Part shown: positions 60,884-64,000 of the stretch, in pieces
How the letters are laid out: each line of letters opens with the position of its first letter
Position numbering within the stretch: the first letter of the stretch is position 1
Assembly: GCA_024679065.1 (NCBI GenBank)
Contig: JAGIQG010000007.1
Location: 37,820,001-37,884,000, forward strand
Length of the DNA: 64,000 nt
Direction: 5' to 3'
From: Sphyrna mokarran
Lineage: Eukaryota
Made by a program: the position numbers and the translations under genes
Notes under the pieces: model-generated
Told to the model about the DNA's origin: nothing
Databases searched by the model: none
The model's input: only the letters and a program-made list of their open reading frames with translations

Positions 60884-62693
60884 ATGTCTGTCAGTAACCA
60901 GCCGCCAGCTCCTCGCACCGACTACAATGATCTCTGCAAAGCCAAGCCTGTCGATTGTTTCTCTGAGAAAGGTCCGTGTGTGCAACCTCAAAAGGACTGG
61001 AGTCTGTCTGAATGGGAATGGCAAAGAGCAGGGGAGCAACGCAATAATGAGCTGAAAGTTGACTTGAGCTCAGCAGCATCGCCTCTAGCTAAAGACGGTC
61101 TCATTAAGCACGTTGCTCTCACTGATGAGGATAAACTGGGTTTCTTTGGAACAACGGAAGGAGGAAAGGAACAGAAGAACGCAGCTGATGAGACACAGTC
61201 TAAGGAGTTCTTCAGAGGCTGGTCTACTTCCCCTGCTAATCTCTGTGTCTCGGGCCAAAACATGGGGGAAATGAATCCGGTCACAGATGCATGGAGTCCG
61301 GCTGCTGTGGGTAAGCAGATGAGTGCTGGGGATTATGGGACAGGTAAGGACGAGCCGGCAAAGAATGTGACGGAGAAGGGAACCGAGAAGAATGGGGAGC
61401 TGATAAGTTGTTCTGCTAATCCCAAACTGTCAAATCCATCTGCTGCACTTGATAATCCTGCCCAGAATATAAAGAAAGATGAGATTAGTGTATGGAACCC
61501 TAATTTTATGCCAGATAATAAAACAGACTTGGGCTGCAAGCAAATGACAGGGTTTAAAGACAAAGACAAGACCACTGTGTGTGAAATAGATCTTCATTCG
61601 AACCACATTCCCCCATGTACCCTGACTATACAGAAGTCTGAAACTCCGACTATGGTGGATTATGAGCAAGATCTCCCTGATGTTGGCTCTTTAAGTGAGA
61701 TCCTGGCATACAAGGAAGATATGAACGTTGATACGATCACTGACAGTGTTCCCACCAGGGCTGCCCAGCAAAGGAAGGTGATGCGACGTGCCATGTCAGA
61801 ATGTTCTCATTTATCTGTTCCAACGAGCTTTGGCATCATTGAAAAATATCCAGAGCCCTCGCTGGGTGATTCATTGGACTGGTCAACAAATAGTCCCAAC
61901 AGCCAAGTCGCGGCTACTGGTAGCAGAAAATGCTCAATGTCGCAGATGAAACGTTCGATGACTGTGGCAGAGGAGCAAATCCCAGATTACAGCCCTGGCA
62001 CTGATCAAACTGCTGCCGAAGTGCAGCTTGACCAGCTTACCAAAAAAGGACATGAGAAAGAGGGCAGCAACGCAACTGCTATCGCTTCAGATGTGAAAGG
62101 TGGTGTGAATGCTGCCTTTAACCATGGCAAGCTGGAAAAAATTCCCGAATTCAGCAGCAATAAAATCCCAGAAGAAACGTTCAACGACAAAAATGAGCAA
62201 ACCAGTGACTGCGCTGACCTTCAGAAGAACAGCTCATCAGGGGGCCCAGATCCAGCCCTTTCATTGGGAAAAGAAACAATTGAGGTCAATAATGTACAGA
62301 CATCTCCATTTTCCCAGCTGCAAGAAAAGCCACATGAGCCCATGTTGCTAAATTCCGCTTTCGTGGGGACCAGCCGCAACAGCAGTGGAATACCTCAGAA
62401 AATTGAAATGACACACAACAAGCCTGAGCAAACAGCACCGAAGCTCCAGGGTCTGGCACAACCTAGTTTTCAGCAAGATGCTGGGTGTAAGAAAAGTGAT
62501 GCCATCTCCTCTTCAGTGCAACAGCAGCTCTCGGAGCCCAATGCTCCCCACAGCCCAGTCGAGAGCTCAAAGACAGGAGGAGGAAAGTGTGCAGAGCTAA
62601 GTCAAACCACTGGTCAGAAGGGCAAAGAGCAAAACTCTGCTTCAACATCTGACTCTATTACGGCCACCAACAGCGAGCTAGAATCTGCACAAG
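60884..62693 (+). CDS. MAP4: Alternative first coding exon of MAP4 (oMAP4-type N-terminal projection domain), 603 codons plus 1 nt
   Basis: ATG at 60884 (MSVSNQ...) and donor CAAG|gtgagc (phase 1). The motifs EWQR, KDGLIK, KLGFF, SVWNPNF, QQRKVMRRAMSECSHLSVP, MKRSMTVAEEQ and HGKLEKIPE occur in the same order as in the alternative human MAP4 N-terminus as I recall it (RRALSECSHLSVP, MKRSMTVGEEQ, HSKLEQIPE). Confidence 0.9.
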
Positions 62694-64000
62694 GTGAGCA
62701 GAAAGGGGGCTTTAAAAACTTGGGGCTACCAATATTATATAGGGTGATATAATCGAGTTATAAATGAGGTTTCTAATTCTTTACAAAATAATAATGTGAA
62801 CAGCGAAAATGTTCCTTGAGTGAACCTGATGGGATATGCTTCATCCATGGGTTAAGGTTTGTGTTCCGGTGACTCCTGCTGGAATCTGTGTTTGTGTTAT
62901 GCACCTGGAAAAGATCAATTTTGGCTGATACCCTCTTGTATTGCAGAGCCTCTTTATGTTCACCTGTGTAGTGAAAAAATGGTTACTTGAATGAGAGACA
63001 TCTGTAAAACCAAATGCATCAGAACTTCAGAGAGCACTGTTATAGAAGTCATAACCCTGTGTATTGTATGAATGCCTATGACATTCTGTTATATTTAGTA
63101 ATTTCCACTCATGATTTTACACAGCAAATTATTGTCATGTCCCCAGCTCAAATGGTTTGACTTAAACTTTTTTAAGAGCTGTAACATTTCCCTGTGTCCC
63201 AGTGGTAGTCCCATAGCGTAACTATGTTGATGCTTACTTATTTCTATTCTCTCAGGTGATTGTGCTTCATTACATATCATAGATGAAGACCTGGATTTGG
63301 GAACCCATCGTTGTAATGTGATTACAGACTGCTTCAGTTGCAGCAACACAGAGTGAAGTGTTCTAAACCTGACAGGCTAGAAGATCCTAATTGTTCTTGC
63401 TGTGTTGAGTTAGCCAATTATCACTCTGGGCACCAATTGAGAGCATTAGAAATGATTTGATTTATTATTGCCACATGTATTAGTATACAGTGTAAAGTAT
63501 TATTTCATGCATGCTGTACAGACAAAGCATTCTGCTCATAGAGAAGGAAAGAGAGGATGCAGAATGGCTCAGTATTTCTTGGCTAGTGTTGAAAAAAAGA
63601 TAGGATTCCTTGCTCTTAATCTCTATTCAATGTGCCCTGCTTAATAGAGGAGATGAGATGAGCATGGAATTGGATTTTGATGTGATGCCACCCACAATCA
63701 AATAGTCTGCTTGCAATCCGTTGCCTCCTGTTAAGAATGGCCACCTGTATGAGATGAGGATGGGAGCAATAGGGATCTACAGAGGAGGCAGGAGGAAGTT
63801 GGGGAAGGAAAGCATTCCATATTCATCTTATTGAGAGTTACTGCCTCTTGTTCAAAAGTGGCAGCTTCATTGGTGAAATCATGTTTCTGGGAGGCTGAGC
63901 TTATTGAGCTGGGATATAAATAGCTGTGGTGTTTAGTATTCCATGTCTCTCCCATGTAAATTACCATGGTTTATTTCATAAGCCAAGGATAGTTCGTTGA

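Overview
Vertebrate genomic DNA, most likely a shark or other cartilaginous fish (inferred from the CR1 LINE, tRNA-SINE, Rex1/Babar and Penelope-type repeat content). The window lies inside one + strand gene that I recognise as MAP4 (microtubule-associated protein 4), within its projection-domain region. It holds four small symmetric phase-1 exons (6385-6507, 15967-16074, 16883-16993, 22429-22548) and a giant 2751-nt phase-1 cassette exon (30078-32828) carrying about 21 copies of a 26-aa/78-nt repeat, followed by an RBFOX/QKI motif cluster. It also holds an 1810-nt alternative first coding exon (60884-62693) whose motifs match the mammalian alternative ('oMAP4'-type) N-terminus. The microtubule-binding repeats lie downstream of the window. 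The rest is intron, largely filled with nested retroelements. The points most worth checking are the muscle-isoform architecture, a near-identical inverted pair of young CR1 copies bracketing two exons, and palindromic repeats with degenerate minimal hammerhead-ribozyme cores. I see no convincing wholly new system. Repeat boundaries and identities were estimated by eye, and protein comparisons rest on recollection, not on a database search.
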